64,000 nt of DNA, from assembly GCA_964016885.1 (NCBI GenBank), contig OZ024755.1:18228001-18292000 (forward strand), in the 5' to 3' direction. The DNA is from Eledone cirrhosa (Eukaryota). Below are positions 42,164 to 55,712 of the stretch, one piece after another. The stretch's first letter is position 1; each line of letters opens with the position of its first letter. Below the pieces are notes generated by a model, which had not been told where the DNA came from, did no database searches, and saw only the letters and a list, made by a program, of their open reading frames with translations. A program made the position numbers and the translations under genes.

Positions 42164-42725
42164 TTACGGTTGTTATGTAATATTTACAATACAGTCTATA
42201 GACACGGGAAAGTGGGTTGGGGGTAATTATTTAACCACTGCTCTCCCAACCCACTTTGTATTTAGATCACCCCAGGGTTTCCCAACATGGCCAATTTCAT
42301 ATATACATAAATATGTATATATATTTACACATATATCTACAAATATATATTAACAAATACACACACACAAATATATATATATACTCACATCTATGAAAAT
42401 ACATATATATTAAAAACACATACCAAATACCAGCATAATAACGATTGACTCACCATCAGGGCACATGTTTGCTCATGTGAACATTTTCACAGGGGCACTT
42501 ACGAAAACCGAACTTACAACCCCACTTCCACATACCCACACACATATAGAACAGGTATGACTTACATAGATACATCAAAGTTTATGTTCCGCTCCAGCAC
42601 TATTCGAGGTAGATAAAACGAAGTACCAGTGTAGTACAAATTATTAAAGCCTCACTTTCTAATATTTTAAATGCTATTACACCAGCTTTTTGTTCTCGGT
42701 GTAAATCCTGTCGATATTAATTTAT

Positions 42726-42840
42726 TGAGTTCAAATCCCGCCGAGGTTAACTTTGCCTTTCATCCTTACGGGGTCGATAAAATAAAGTACCAGTAATGCA
42801 CTGAGTAATTGCTGACCTTGTGCCAAAAGTAGAAACAATT
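42726..42840 (+). mobile_element. 5'-truncated SINE family A
   Basis: gagttcaaatcccgccgagg…agaaacaatt, flanked by attaatttat. Confidence 0.85.
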
Positions 42841-42938
42841 AATTTATAATTTTAGACCATAACAGCCACGTTATGGGTTCAATTTAATCGATCGGTTTCT
42901 CCGTCAATCACTTGACATTTGCCTAAGACATACAAAGA

Positions 42939-42984
<46 letters not shown>

Positions 42985-42987
<3 letters not shown>

Positions 42988-43131
42988 TAAATATAGACAT
43001 TCATGTAATCAAATATATTTTATTATATATATATTTCAGAGGTACTGTGCTGCTTCCTCAGTACGTCCTCATCAGATAAAATAAATTGATGTTTGACATA
43101 CCTCAACTGTGCTGATGGTTCAATTCCAGTC
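42985..43131 (-). mobile_element. Penelope-like fragment with hammerhead 43017-43082
   Basis: Minus strand: attttat-CTGATGA-ggacgtactg…cagtacctct-GAAA-tatata…. Confidence 0.65.
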
Positions 43132-43317
43132 ATATATATAAATATGTTTTAATGAAAAATATTTTATACGACAAATTTTAAATAAATTATGTTTGCAATA
43201 AAATTAAGAAAAAGAATAAATGAAAGTAAGAAATTAGAATTATTTAGTATTAATGTTTTTATTGTTTGTTTTTACTGTATTAATTGCTGAGTGTGAGTTA
43301 TTCTTATTACTATTTTC

Positions 43318-44720
43318 TACTGTAAATGGCGGCTGAGACACTATTGGATTATTACTAAGGTTTACTGGATAATGGCGTTTCCTTATTGTATTATTTTACA
43401 GTTGACATCGGAACATCCCTCTATATACCTGGGATAAATTTAAGGAGTATTGTTTTTTTTTTTTATACGTAGTACAATGGTGATCTCTTCTTATATTTTC
43501 TTCCCCAATACTGTATTTTGAAGTCCTTTCATTATTTAAAATATTTTCATCATGTCACTCGTTTGATTTATCTCCTCAAGTTGTAATTCTAAGTGTTTTT
43601 ACATTTTTTATAGTGTACTAATATATGTATTTTCAAGTCTGAACATTTATATGTAATAGTGTACTATTATTTAAATATTAGTCGTCTAATTTATATATTT
43701 ATATCATGTCTCCCCTTAACTTTATCTCTTCCAAAGTTGTAATTCTAAGTGTTTTTCCTTGGTATAGTGTCCTAATATTGATATGTTCAAGTCTTTGCAT
43801 TTATCTGGAATAACATAGTAATATTTGTCTTGCTGTTTTCTTGGTTCATCATCTTTAAATTCAAATTGATACATATTACCAATCCATGGGGAAGGGTATA
43901 TGTAGCGCGTATTTACCTCAAAATTCGATGTCAAAACCTGCTTGCATTTTATATATTCAGGGTACGAATATAACAATTAAAGTATATATGTATATACATT
44001 CCATGAATAAATATAGCTGCATACTAACTCTACCTTGAAACATTTGTTTCCAAAATAAGGTCAGTCTTATTTCCCGAAAATTATTGCAAAGTGTCTGTAA
44101 GGATTCCATTTCGATTTTCAGTAGATTGTATTGCAGTTGAAGATGCAGTCAATTGTCCTTATAATAATAATCAGCTTGTCTTACAATGGTTCGTATTGTT
44201 GCTTCTTCCATTCCATGTTTAATGTCACAAACTATCGTTAATTCAAAATGTTGTTCTTATGTAATAAATGTTACTTTTCAAAGTTTTACATTCTCACATT
44301 AATTCTTTCTTTTCTATATTGTTATCTAATGAATAAAGTAATGTATGTGAGCGGTAGAAATAACACGACCTTCTTTCACCGCTACAGAAGGCTGAATGGT
44401 AAGTAGGTGACACCGGTGAACATCACGTGTTTAGTGTTAAGTCCCAACAAGCTGCTATTTATATACTGCGTTAACCCGAGTCGTATCAGAAGAGTAAACA
44501 CACCTGTCTTCTGATCAATTCTTCGAGTTCCTTTCCTCCTTGACAAAGCCGTGAGATAAAGTTACAGGATTTAATCTCTACCAAGAATTGTAGTAAGTAA
44601 ATTTTAACCAAAGACTGTTATGTCGTCGTTGCTTTAATGTTTAGTCGGGGCTTCAATCTTTAGTTAGGATTGTATAAACAAAGAAAAACAGATGTATATT
44701 GCGCCGTTGTACGTTCAAAT
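43318..44720 (-). pseudogene. Diverged copy of the CR1-like RT fossil
   Basis: Colinear with the array-unit fossil: GERRSC, RTIDCIFN, KHLELQLW. Confidence 0.6.
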
Positions 44721-45037
44721 CACACACGAAGGATTGAGGGATGACAGAATTGGAGAATCATGATTGCTGATATAATCTTACAAACACACATATCTTTAAT
44801 TGTCATGTATAAAATTTGAAGAACATCGCTGCCGATCAACTGATTGTAGGATGAAATAAACCCTAGAGAGATGAAAAACAAAGTCAAGCTATATTCTATG
44901 ATAGCCCCAGAAAAATTAAAACCAATGTCGACCCCTTTGTAGCATGAAAAAGACCGAGAAAGTCATGAACGCCACCACATCAATTTGGCTTTCAAATAGA
45001 AAGTAGGTTTATAGATATCAATTTTAGGTATGTTTTT

Positions 45038-45118
45038 GTAGCCGTCTCGGTGGCCTAGTGGTAGGTATTAGAGACGGTGGAGATCCTGGTCTGAGGTTCA
45101 ATCTCTGTCAGGATCTAC
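45038..45118 (+). ncRNA. tRNA-like Pol III-type cassette (best-preserved copy; putative ncRNA or SINE-head relic)
   Basis: A box tggcctagtgg, B-box-like ggttcaatctc, hairpins gccgtctc/gagacggt and agatcctg/caggatct, upstream TATA-like motif, downstream T runs. Confidence 0.5.
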
Positions 45119-45201
45119 ACCACGGGGTAGTGCTAAAGCTGTTCTCTTTTATTTTGTCCCTTATAAGATACGAGAAAAAATTTTGTAAAGCCTCTCCCTA
45201 T

Positions 45202-45277
45202 TCCTGACTGAGATGGAACTCTAGACCAGGAGCTCCACCGTCTCCTCTACCTACCTCTAGGCCATCGAGCCGACTAC
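45202..45277 (-). ncRNA. Convergent partner tRNA-like cassette
   Basis: Reverse-complement homolog of 45038-45118; conserved 26-mer at 45291-45314. Confidence 0.45.
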
Positions 45278-46363
45278 AACCGTTTAGTGAAAATTAATAT
45301 TTATAAACCTACTTGGAAAAAAAATTGATGTGGTGGCGTTCATGCCTTTCCCAGTGTTATTGTTGATAAAAATGGTCGACGTTGTCTTTCATAATTCTGT
45401 TCCGTTGATAAAGTAAATCTTGACATTTTTCTTATAGCTCTAGGGTTGATTTGAACTTACGACTGCGTCTGTAATTATCTTCACTAATTTCAAATCCGTC
45501 ATACCTGGCTTGTGTGCGTATGAAAGATTCCAAGTTCGAGTGATGTTCCCGTAAATTTAACATGATCATTATACATAGATATAGATGATATGTACGTGTG
45601 TAAAATTTGAACCTACAATAATGTCCTTTGCAGCAATGTCCCATAACTTCAACTAGATGGCACTATGTAAAAGTATTTTTTTGTACTGAAAAAATAATAA
45701 TTAAAAGAAATTCTATACTCCTAACTAAAGATAGAACTCCTGGTGTCAGCTTCTACTTCATAACACCAATACCTACATTACACACTAACAACTAAGCCCT
45801 CGACACCAACTTTAATTAAAAAGTAAAGGATTAAAACCTCAATTTTTAATCTTTAAATGTTATTACTCCAACTTTTTGTGTTTACATTGAAAATCGTGCC
45901 GAGTTTAATTTTTCATTCTATGGTTTTGGAGAAGATAAAATATAGTACCGGTCACGTACTGGGGACAATTTAATCGATTGGCTTCTTGCCGTAAACTTTT
46001 TGACTTCAAGATATACTCATAGTAATATATATATATATGCACATACACACACAAGTAATCGAAAATACTTTATTTAAATTTTAATTAAATTATGTTTGCA
46101 ATAAAGAAAAGAAAAGAATTAATGAAACAAAAACATTATTATATTTAGTAATTATATTTTTATTGTTTTCACTGCATTTACTGCTGAATATGGCTTGTGT
46201 TTTTCTTTACCAGTTTCTACTGGAAATGGCGATTGCAACGAAATAGGATTATTACCAAGATTTACTGGATGATGGATTTCCTGATTGTATTATTCTGCAA
46301 ATTGTGGACATTTGGACGTCTATCTCAAATACCTGGAGTAATCGTAAGGTGTGTCCTTTACGC

Positions 46364-46589
46364 CAGGGGTTCTCATAAGCATCATTAGATGTTTTTTTTC
46401 AATGAATTAGCAAATGCTATTATCGTGTCGCAGTGCCTAAAAATCTACGCAAATAAACAGCTGAAGTCGTACTTATGCGAAGAATAAGAACAGCGCTTTA
46501 AGTCAAATGCATGGATCAAAAAAGAATTTGCTATTGAAAATTTTCTGTGGACCACTAGTGGTCCACATGGACCAGATTGAGAACCACTG
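46364..46589. mobile_element. hAT (Charlie/MER5-like) MITE, 226 bp
   Basis: TIRs caggggttctca / tgagaaccactg. 8-bp TSD ctttacgc at 46356-46363 and 46590-46597. Confidence 0.9.
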
Positions 46590-46958
46590 CTTTACGCAAA
46601 AGTTCATCTTAATGTTTGATGTTCCAACAGATCAAATTTAACCAATCTACGGAAGGACTAGCGGCACAAATAAACAAGATAGTGAGGCCGCATCAAAAGA
46701 AAACACACAGTCGAGGTACGAGTAACCTAAAATTAGTTTTAAAAAGATAAACAATGTTTAAACAAAAGCACGAACATATGATTTCAATCAAACATGCCAA
46801 AGCAAAAACAATCACAGCCACAATTTAATATCTGACGATCAACATTTTCACGATATAAATAAAACGAGATAAATAGAGTTTAGTGATCCTCAATTTATTT
46901 GCCCATAACTTTATTTTAATAATACATATTCTGTATCTACGATTTTGTTGATGAAGCC

Positions 46959-47331
46959 AAGGTTAACTTTGCCTTTCATCCTTACGGGGTCGATAAAATA
47001 AAGTACCAGTAATACCCTTAGATTATTGCTGGCCTTGTGCCAAAAGTAGAAACAATTATTTCTTATAAGCAGCGGTCTGAGTTCAAATCCCGCCGAGGTT
47101 AACTTTACCTTTCATCCTTATGAGGTTGATAAAATAAAGTACCGGTAATGCCACTTGGATAATTGCTGGCCTTGTGCCAAAAGTAGAAACAATTATTTCT
47201 TATAAGCAGCGGTCTGAGTTCAAATCCCGCTGAGGTTAACTTTGCCTTTCATCCTTACGGGGTCGATAAAATAAAGTACCAGTAATGCCACTTGGATAAT
47301 TGCTGGCCTTGTGCCAAAAGTAGAAACAATT
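46959..47331 (+). mobile_element. Tandem trimer of SINE family A
   Basis: Three successive copies, each ending gtagaaacaatta. Confidence 0.85.
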
Positions 47332-47799
47332 AATTCCTATAAGCAACATAACATATGCCACCTCCTTTAAATCTACAAGACAAACAGTAAAATATGATTT
47401 CAATCAAACACACGAAAGCCAAGACAATCACAACTTAATGCCTAACGATCAACATTTTCACGATATAAATAAAACTGAAGATGTAGAGTTTAATGACTTC
47501 CGATTTATTTGTTCCTAACTTTATTTTAATAATACATACTCTGTCGAGATATATTTTCGGTGATGTATATTACGATTTTGTTGATGAAATTTTCTCTTGT
47601 CTTTAAAACATTATTTTTTTCAAGCAACATAATTGCCACCCCACTCTTAGATTTACATTTTCTGGAATATTCTATTAACATATTTCTAAGTTTATTATTT
47701 TAAATATTTATTTAATATACACTACGATTTTATTTATGGCTTTTTTCTCTCGCAATTTATAGTTGTAGAAATGACATTACGTTCGTGTAAAATATATAA

Positions 47800-48110
47800 T
47801 AATAATGATAATAAAAATTGTGTACAATGCTCAGGTGCACTATCACTCATCAAAGGTGCATGTACAGTATGAGTCATGATATACACACAGATACACAAAC
47901 ACACACATGTATGTGTGTGTATGGGGAGGGTTATGAGGTGTAGTGTTGGCGAATTTCGGAAGTTTTGAAGGATGCAGTGTCTTGACAGCTAACAACTGAT
48001 GCAGGTAGTTTGTTCCATGCTACAGTAACTCTGAGCGTGAAAAACATGTTCCCGAAAGTCATGGAAGCTGTACTATTTTCTGATTTTGTAAGCATATCTA
48101 ATGACATTAT
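47800..48110 (-). mobile_element. CR1 LINE 3' end (younger family)
   Basis: FFTLRVTVAWNKLPASVV..TASFK resembles the CR1 ORF2 C-terminus; (TTA)n-like tail at ~47800. Confidence 0.75.
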
Positions 48111-48487
48111 CCTGATTGATATATAAAATATAAACAAATTTACAACAAAAATACATCGGAAATATTCAGTAAATAAAGAGATTAATGAAGGGAACTACAC
48201 ACAATCGTAATATATATCATAGAAAACTCAGCTCTGTAAAATATTATTAAAAAATATACATTATTTAGAAAGAGTGAAGAAAAAATTGTAAACCTGTTAA
48301 CTCTCCCCGTCCGTCGGGGAGATCTCCCAGCCACTTTGGGGTGGCTGAAAGATGTCTTCTCTTGTGAAGATGGGTATAGCTTTCATTATATAAAATCTCC
48401 CCCAATTTGCCTCATTTCTTCCCGTTTTGGAACACTTTTTTTCATGGTACTCTCCATTTGGACTTTTAGAGTTTGGCAGGTCTGATA

Positions 48488-48489
48488 TA

Positions 48490-48538
<49 letters not shown>

Positions 48539-48686
48539 GTGTATATATATATATATATACATATGTGTATATATATATATATATACATATGTGTATATAT
48601 ATATATATACATATGTGTATATATATATATATACATATGTGTATATATATATATATACATATGTGTATATATATATATATATATAC

Positions 48687-48735
<49 letters not shown>

Positions 48736-48736
48736 C

Positions 48737-48774
<38 letters not shown>

Positions 48775-48790
48775 GTATCTATATATATTT
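48488..48790. repeat. (TA)n-CATATGTG minisatellite
   Basis: Seen directly. Confidence 0.9.
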
Positions 48791-49611
48791 ATATAAATTT
48801 GTGTGTGACTAAAGACATTTTCGCCTGATAGTGGGGTTTAGAACCCTCAAAGAAATAGAAAAAGTTGAGTATTGACGTAGATGGGAGTTGAACCCACATC
48901 TTTGGTTATCCAGACCACTGTGTTACCATTAGTGTTTAGAGGTTGGCAGGTCTGCCGTATGTTTAAGCCAGTTTAAACTAGAAGGGTGGCGAGATTCATG
49001 TTGCTCTTTTAATAATGTCATTACAAGTTCAAATTAACCACAACGCTTACTCGTTCATATTGTATGAATTATTCGCAAAGTCCGTTCATAATATCAAATA
49101 TTTCTATCATATCACGCTCTTCATTTCTCCCCCTCTTAAGTTGTAATTCTTATGGTTTTTACATTAGAATAGTGTACTAAGCTTTATATTTTCAGGGCTT
49201 TACTTCTATATTGACTAGTTTACAAATATTTTAATTTTTCAAATATTTCTATCATGTTTTCTCAGTTGTAATTCGTAGGATTTTTACATTGGTATAGTTT
49301 ACCAATATATATATGTTCGTCTTTACAGTTATCTGAAATAGTGTACTAATAGTTAGCTATGTCTTCTAAAAACTATATTTTTATCATGTCTCCTTAGCTT
49401 TATTTGTTTGTAAATTTGTAATTTTTATGGTGTTTACATTGTTATATTTTCAAGTCTTTCATTTATATTGACTAGTGTACTAATATTTAGATATTGTCTA
49501 TATTTCTATCATGTCTACACATAGAATTATCCCCTCTAAAATTGTTATTCTCAGGGTTTTTACATCGGAATACTTTCAAGCTTTTTTTTTTTTTTACCGT
49601 ATTTTATTTTA

Positions 49612-49739
49612 CCGTATTTCCCGGCACCGAAGACGCACCCTAATTTTGACAACTGAAAAAAAAAAAAAAAACAACCTTCGGCCTCCAGGACGTATATTAG
49701 ATTTGAGACTTATTTTATGAAAAAAGTAGCCGGGAAATA
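49612..49739. mobile_element. pogo/Tigger-like MITE remnant
   Basis: ta|ccgtatttcccggc…aagacgcacc left end; right end gccgggaaata is truncated. Confidence 0.55.
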
Positions 49740-50177
49740 TTAGTCTTCTAATGGTGTGATTCGAAACTTTTAAAATCTTCCTTCTCAGGACATATTTCGT
49801 AATAATTCTCATGTTTTACGTTTTGTTTATCTCTGAATTTCTTAGTCTTTTCGGAGGTCGGGTAACCATGACCTTAAATATTTTAAATGTTGTCGCACAT
49901 ATTCAACTAAACTTTTAAAATTTCCTGCATTTAGTAAGGAAAAGGAATGTTTTATTATGTATATCATTTCATTTGCTGTCCTTTTTTCCCCCTCACCTCT
50001 TTAGTCACCTTTAAATTCAAATTTATGTATATTCCTAATTCTTCGGAGGGGGTATACGAAGCTCCTTTTTACCTCAAAATTCCATGCCGAAAGCTTCTTG
50101 CATTTTATACATTCGATGTACGAATATATTATTTAAACACTATATGTATATACAAGACATATAGACACATATAAGCA

Positions 50178-50382
50178 AAAGGGATATTTAATTTGTTGGT
50201 AATTCACTGTCCAGGAAAAATTTGAACCGTTAAGATCTTCCTGGTTATGTCAATATTTATAAAACAAACTTTGTATTTTATCTGATGAGAGCGTACCAAA
50301 GTTTTGGTACCCTTGAAATATATATAATAGAATAAATATGGTTTTATAAATTTAGTTTCCATTTATTTAATATCATTGTATA
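50178..50382 (+). mobile_element. Penelope-like fragment with hammerhead 50275-50333
   Basis: attttat-CTGATGA-gagcgtacc…ggtaccctt-GAAA-tatata-ta-atagaat. Confidence 0.65.
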
Positions 50383-51352
50383 CATATATATATATATATA
50401 TATATATAGCTGCATATTAACCCTTCCCCAACTTTTAGTCGTTAAAAAAATGAGGCGCCTTTCTACCTCAAAATGTGAGACACACGTATATTTATACACA
50501 AAATATCTACCCCGATGTCAAAACATATTTACGTTTTACACATTTACTGTACGAATATAATAAAAATATATATGTATACACTAGCCATGTATAAATATAG
50601 CTGCATATTAACTCTTCTCAAATACATTTTTTTTTTTCAAAATAAGGTGAGTTTTATATCGCTAAAAATCCTGTACGAGGTCTCCGTAAGCGTTCCATTT
50701 CAATAAATTTTTCATTTCGATTTTCAGTAGATTGTATTGCCGTTGAAGATGCAGTCAATTGTCCTTCTAATAAAAATCAACTTGCCTCAGAATTGTTCGT
50801 ATTTTGTGTCTCGTTCATTCCATGTTTAAGGTAATAAAATATCGTTAATTCAAAATGTTGTTCTAATGTAATAAAAGTTACTTTTCAAAATCTGTCGCAT
50901 TCATTCTTTCTCTTCTGTATTGTTATCTAATGAATAAATTTAAAAAAAAAAAAAAATGTGAGCGGTAGAAATAACACGACCTTCTTTCACCGCTGCAGGG
51001 AGCTTACTGGCAGTGTGTCGAGCAGGAATGGTAAGTAACTGACAACGGGGAACATCACGTGCTATTTATAGGCCACGTTGATTGGAAAGACGTACCAACC
51101 CAGGATATACACCTTATTCCTTCTTAAAATTCCCCGAGTTCCTTTCTTTCCTGAATAAACAGTGAGATAAAGTGACAGGGTTCAATCCCTGCCAAGAATT
51201 TCAGTAGGTTTATTTTTTAACGAGGGACTGTATGTCGTCGTTGCTTTAAAGTGTATTCAGGGTTTCATTCTTGAGTTGGGATTGTAGAATTACTTTATTT
51301 AATTGTAAACAAACAAAGCAGGATGTATATAGCTTCGTTGTACGTTCAAATT

Positions 51353-52283
<931 letters not shown>

Positions 52284-52379
52284 AGCCTACCTTATCTAGC
52301 AACTACACACCCAATCCTATTCTCCATATATTTTATCTCTCTCTCTCTCTCTATATATATATATAAAGGTTTGAGCGGT

Positions 52380-53150
52380 GGCAAAATTGAAGAGTCACTA
52401 TTGCTAAGCACATTAATTTAAGATCAAATCTAACACACAGACACACACACATTTATGCCTTTAATTGTCATGTATAACAGTTGAAGAACATCACTGCAGA
52501 TCAGTTGGTTATAGGTTCAAACCAACCCTAGATAGATAAAAAAAAACAAGGGTTTTATATTGTATTGAAGCCCCAGAAAAATAAAAGCCAATGTCGACCC
52601 TTTTGTAGCATTAACAAGACTGAGAAAGCCATGAATGCCACAACATCAAGTTTGCTTCCAAATGAAAAGTAGGTTTATAAATATTAATTTTCAGTATATT
52701 TTTGTAGCCATTTCGGTGGCCTAGTGGTAGGTATTATAGAAGGTGGAGAAACTTGTCCGGTGTTCAATCTCAGTGTGTCAGATTTTAATTTTTTATTTTT
52801 TATTTGACCTCTTATAAAATAAAAAAAAATGTAAGACACAGAGATTGAACCACAGACCAGGATCTCCACCGTCTCTAATACCTACCACTAGGCTACCGAA
52901 ATAGCTACAAATTTACGCTGAAAATTAATGTTTATAAACCTACTTTTTATTTCCAGCTAAACATTGATGCAATGACGTTCATGCCTTTCCTAGTGTTATT
53001 ATTAATAGAAAGGGTCGACCCTATCTTTAATCCTTCTGGTGCTTTGATAAAGTAAATCTGAAGTTTGGTTCTCATTGCTTTAGGGCTGTTGTGAACCTAC
53101 AATGACTGTGTCTACAATAATTTTCACTAACTTCAAATCTGTCATACCAA
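52380..53150. repeat. Last inverted-repeat module (cassettes 52704-52775 +, 52838-52908 -)
   Basis: The minus cassette core is almost identical to 45038-45118. The upstream motif aaaagtaggtttataaatattaatttt is at 52665-52691. Confidence 0.85.
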
Positions 53151-53814
53151 TTAACTGTGTGTGAAAATCTCCAACTAAGCGCGACATTGTGATTCCTGGA
53201 CTCGCGCCTATGTAAAGAATTGTTATTATTATTATTATTCAGAAGTTATATTTTTATTGTGGGCTTTCATTGCATTTCCTCAATGAAGCCCCAGCCATAT
53301 CCACCCCTCAAAACGCTTTTGGCGCTCCAATCAAGACCACCTCTCATCGTTTGGAAATGCGTATGTGTAGAATTCGCAGTAGGGATGCTCATGGTTGGAA
53401 CGCCGACGAAGTTTTGAGGGTTTAACCTATTTTTTTCATTGTTCCAACAGTGAACATACCCCTGGGACTCCGAATTCTGCTCATGTGCAATCTCACCGTT
53501 CAATGGGAGGAAGGCTCAACAGTTTACTTTTATCGGAGATCAAACTGTAATCTCATCAACAGAGGGATTTGTGCATGCGCACTCGTGGCACACCCCTCCT
53601 CACCAAAAACATCTAGAACAAAAAAGAAAGATAGAGGTACAAAAGAACTGAACCCAATACGTATAAAATAGATTTCCATTAGATTTTATTAAAAGAAGGT
53701 TTTTACAGAATTTTCACAGGATCTACTTTATCGTCTGCCATTTCTGGTGTGGAAATATTTTCACGATTATTCTCTTTGGTGAATCGAACAAAATGATGTA
53801 GGATATGGAAGAAG

Positions 53815-54732
53815 ATGTTATAATAATGTAGATTATGGTATAATAATGTAGAATTTGGTAGACTAATGTAGAATTTGGTATAATAATGTAGATTATGGTA
53901 AAATAATGTAGATATGGTAGAATAATGTAGATTATGGTATAATCATGTAGATTATGGTAAAATAATGTAGATTATGGTAGAGGTTAAAATAATGTAGATA
54001 TGGTATAATAATGTAGATTATGGTGGAATAATGTAGATTATGGTATAATAATGTAGATTATGGTGGAATAATGGAGATTATGGTATAAGAATGTAGATTA
54101 AGGTCGATAATGTAGATTATCTTATAATAATGAAGATTATGGTCGATAATGTAGATTATGGTATAATAATGTAGATTATGGTATAATAATGTAGATTATG
54201 GTAGAATAATGTAGATTATGTTATAATAATGTAGATAGGGTATAATAATGTAGATATGGTATAATAATGTAGATTAAGGTCGATAATGTTGATTATGTTA
54301 TAATAATGAAGATTATGGTCGATAATGTAGATTATGTTATAATAATGTATATTATGGTAGATAATTTATATTATAGCATAATAATGTAGATTATGGTAGA
54401 TAATGTAGATTATGGTATAATAATGTAGATTATGGTATAATAAATGTAGATTATGGTCGATAATGTAGATTATGGTATAATAATGTAGATTATGGTATAA
54501 TAAATGTAGATTATGGTCGATAATGTAGATTATGGTATAATAATGTAGATTATGGTCGATAATGTAGAGTATGGTATAATAATGCAGATTATGGTATAAT
54601 AATGTAGATTATGGTCGATAATGTAGATTATGGTATAATAATGTAGATTATGGTCGATAATGTAGATTATGGTATAATAATGTAGATTATGGTATAATAA
54701 TGTAGATTATGGTCGATAATGTAGATTATGGT
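53815..54732. repeat. Minisatellite, 19-20 bp units (ataataatgtagattatggt / cgataatgtagattatggt)
   Basis: More than 40 copies of two interspersed variants. Confidence 0.95.
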
Positions 54733-54853
54733 TACGCATCTGTAAAAGAAAATAAATAGAAGAATGAAAAGTAATGAATAAAAGAAAAAGAATGACAACG
54801 AAAATGAAGAAGATAAATGATTATACTGGTATATGGAATATATAGGCTGGCTA

Positions 54854-54956
<103 letters not shown>

Positions 54957-55311
54957 TATACAATGATATTAAAGATATTTGATAATATCTTTAATATCAT
55001 TTGATATTTGATATTTGATATTTGAGAAGAGTTAAGATGCAGCTATATTTATACATGGCTAGTGTATACATATATATTTTATTATATTCGTACAGTAAAT
55101 GTGTAAAACGTAAATATGTTTTGACATCGAGGTAGACATTTTGTATATAAATACACATGTGTGTCTGACATTTTGAGGTAGAAAGGCGCCTCATATTTTT
55201 TTAACGACTAAAAGTTGGGGAAGGGTTAATATGCAGCTATGGTTAGTTTCAGAAGATCCCGTTAAGGGTGAAAGCAGCGATTCTTTGCTTCAACTTTAAT
55301 CTGTTATTTTA

Positions 55312-55365
<54 letters not shown>

Positions 55366-55371
<6 letters not shown>

Positions 55372-55674
55372 ATACTTTGGGAGGGTCATGTTACCAATAA
55401 GAAACACACGCACCAGTTGCTTTCACTTCAATTTATTATATATTTATAAATTTATAAATTTACAAATCCACAAACTTATAAATTTTTGGTTGGTTGGTTG
55501 GTTCCACAACCAGATAGTTGTTTATATATAGTCATAGTCCTTTCGTCACACACTCTGTGACCTCTTCAGTGACTGGGGATTCCTTTCTTTGGCAACATGA
55601 CCCTCCCAAAGTATAACAATATCGGTTTCAACACACGATTTCAGATAAAGAATCTTGCTAAACAAATTCAGAAA

Positions 55675-55678
<4 letters not shown>
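55366..55678 (-). mobile_element. Penelope-like insert with hammerhead 55530-55574; related copy on + at 56520-56725
   Basis: Minus strand: agtca-CTGAAGA-g-gtcac…gtgac-GAAA-ggacta-tgact. Terminal inverted segment attgttatactttgggagggtcatgtt. Confidence 0.65.

Positions 55679-55704
<26 letters not shown>

Positions 55705-55712
<8 letters not shown>

Larger units (their letters stand above)
13047..43760. repeat. Tandem array of ~6.7-6.8 kb units (~4.4 copies)
   Basis: Anchor gtgatgggagaaaaacacacg at 18756, 25441, 32207 and 38985. Anchor cagcactattcgagg at ~13050, 21571, 28292, 35074 and 42595. Confidence 0.97.
44740..45660. repeat. Older inverted-repeat module with convergent cassettes
   Basis: Mirror arms of roughly 350-450 bp around a T/A-rich spacer. 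Confidence 0.85.
49080..51350 (-). pseudogene. Most diverged CR1-like RT fossil copy, with local ~120-bp tandem duplications (49080-49580) and inserts
   Basis: Minus translation fragments in CR1 RT order: SLDNN..TDFEK..KHGM..RRTIDCIFNGN. Confidence 0.6.

Noticed and set aside
43722-43976. 84-aa ORF MLYSYPEYIKCK…
   Set aside because: Chance open stretch of the decayed CR1 sequence; paralogs are frameshifted.
45082-45097. gatcctggtctg(g/a)ggt resembles the tRNA-Sec D-arm
   Set aside because: No TCA anticodon, long variable arm or Sec acceptor stem.
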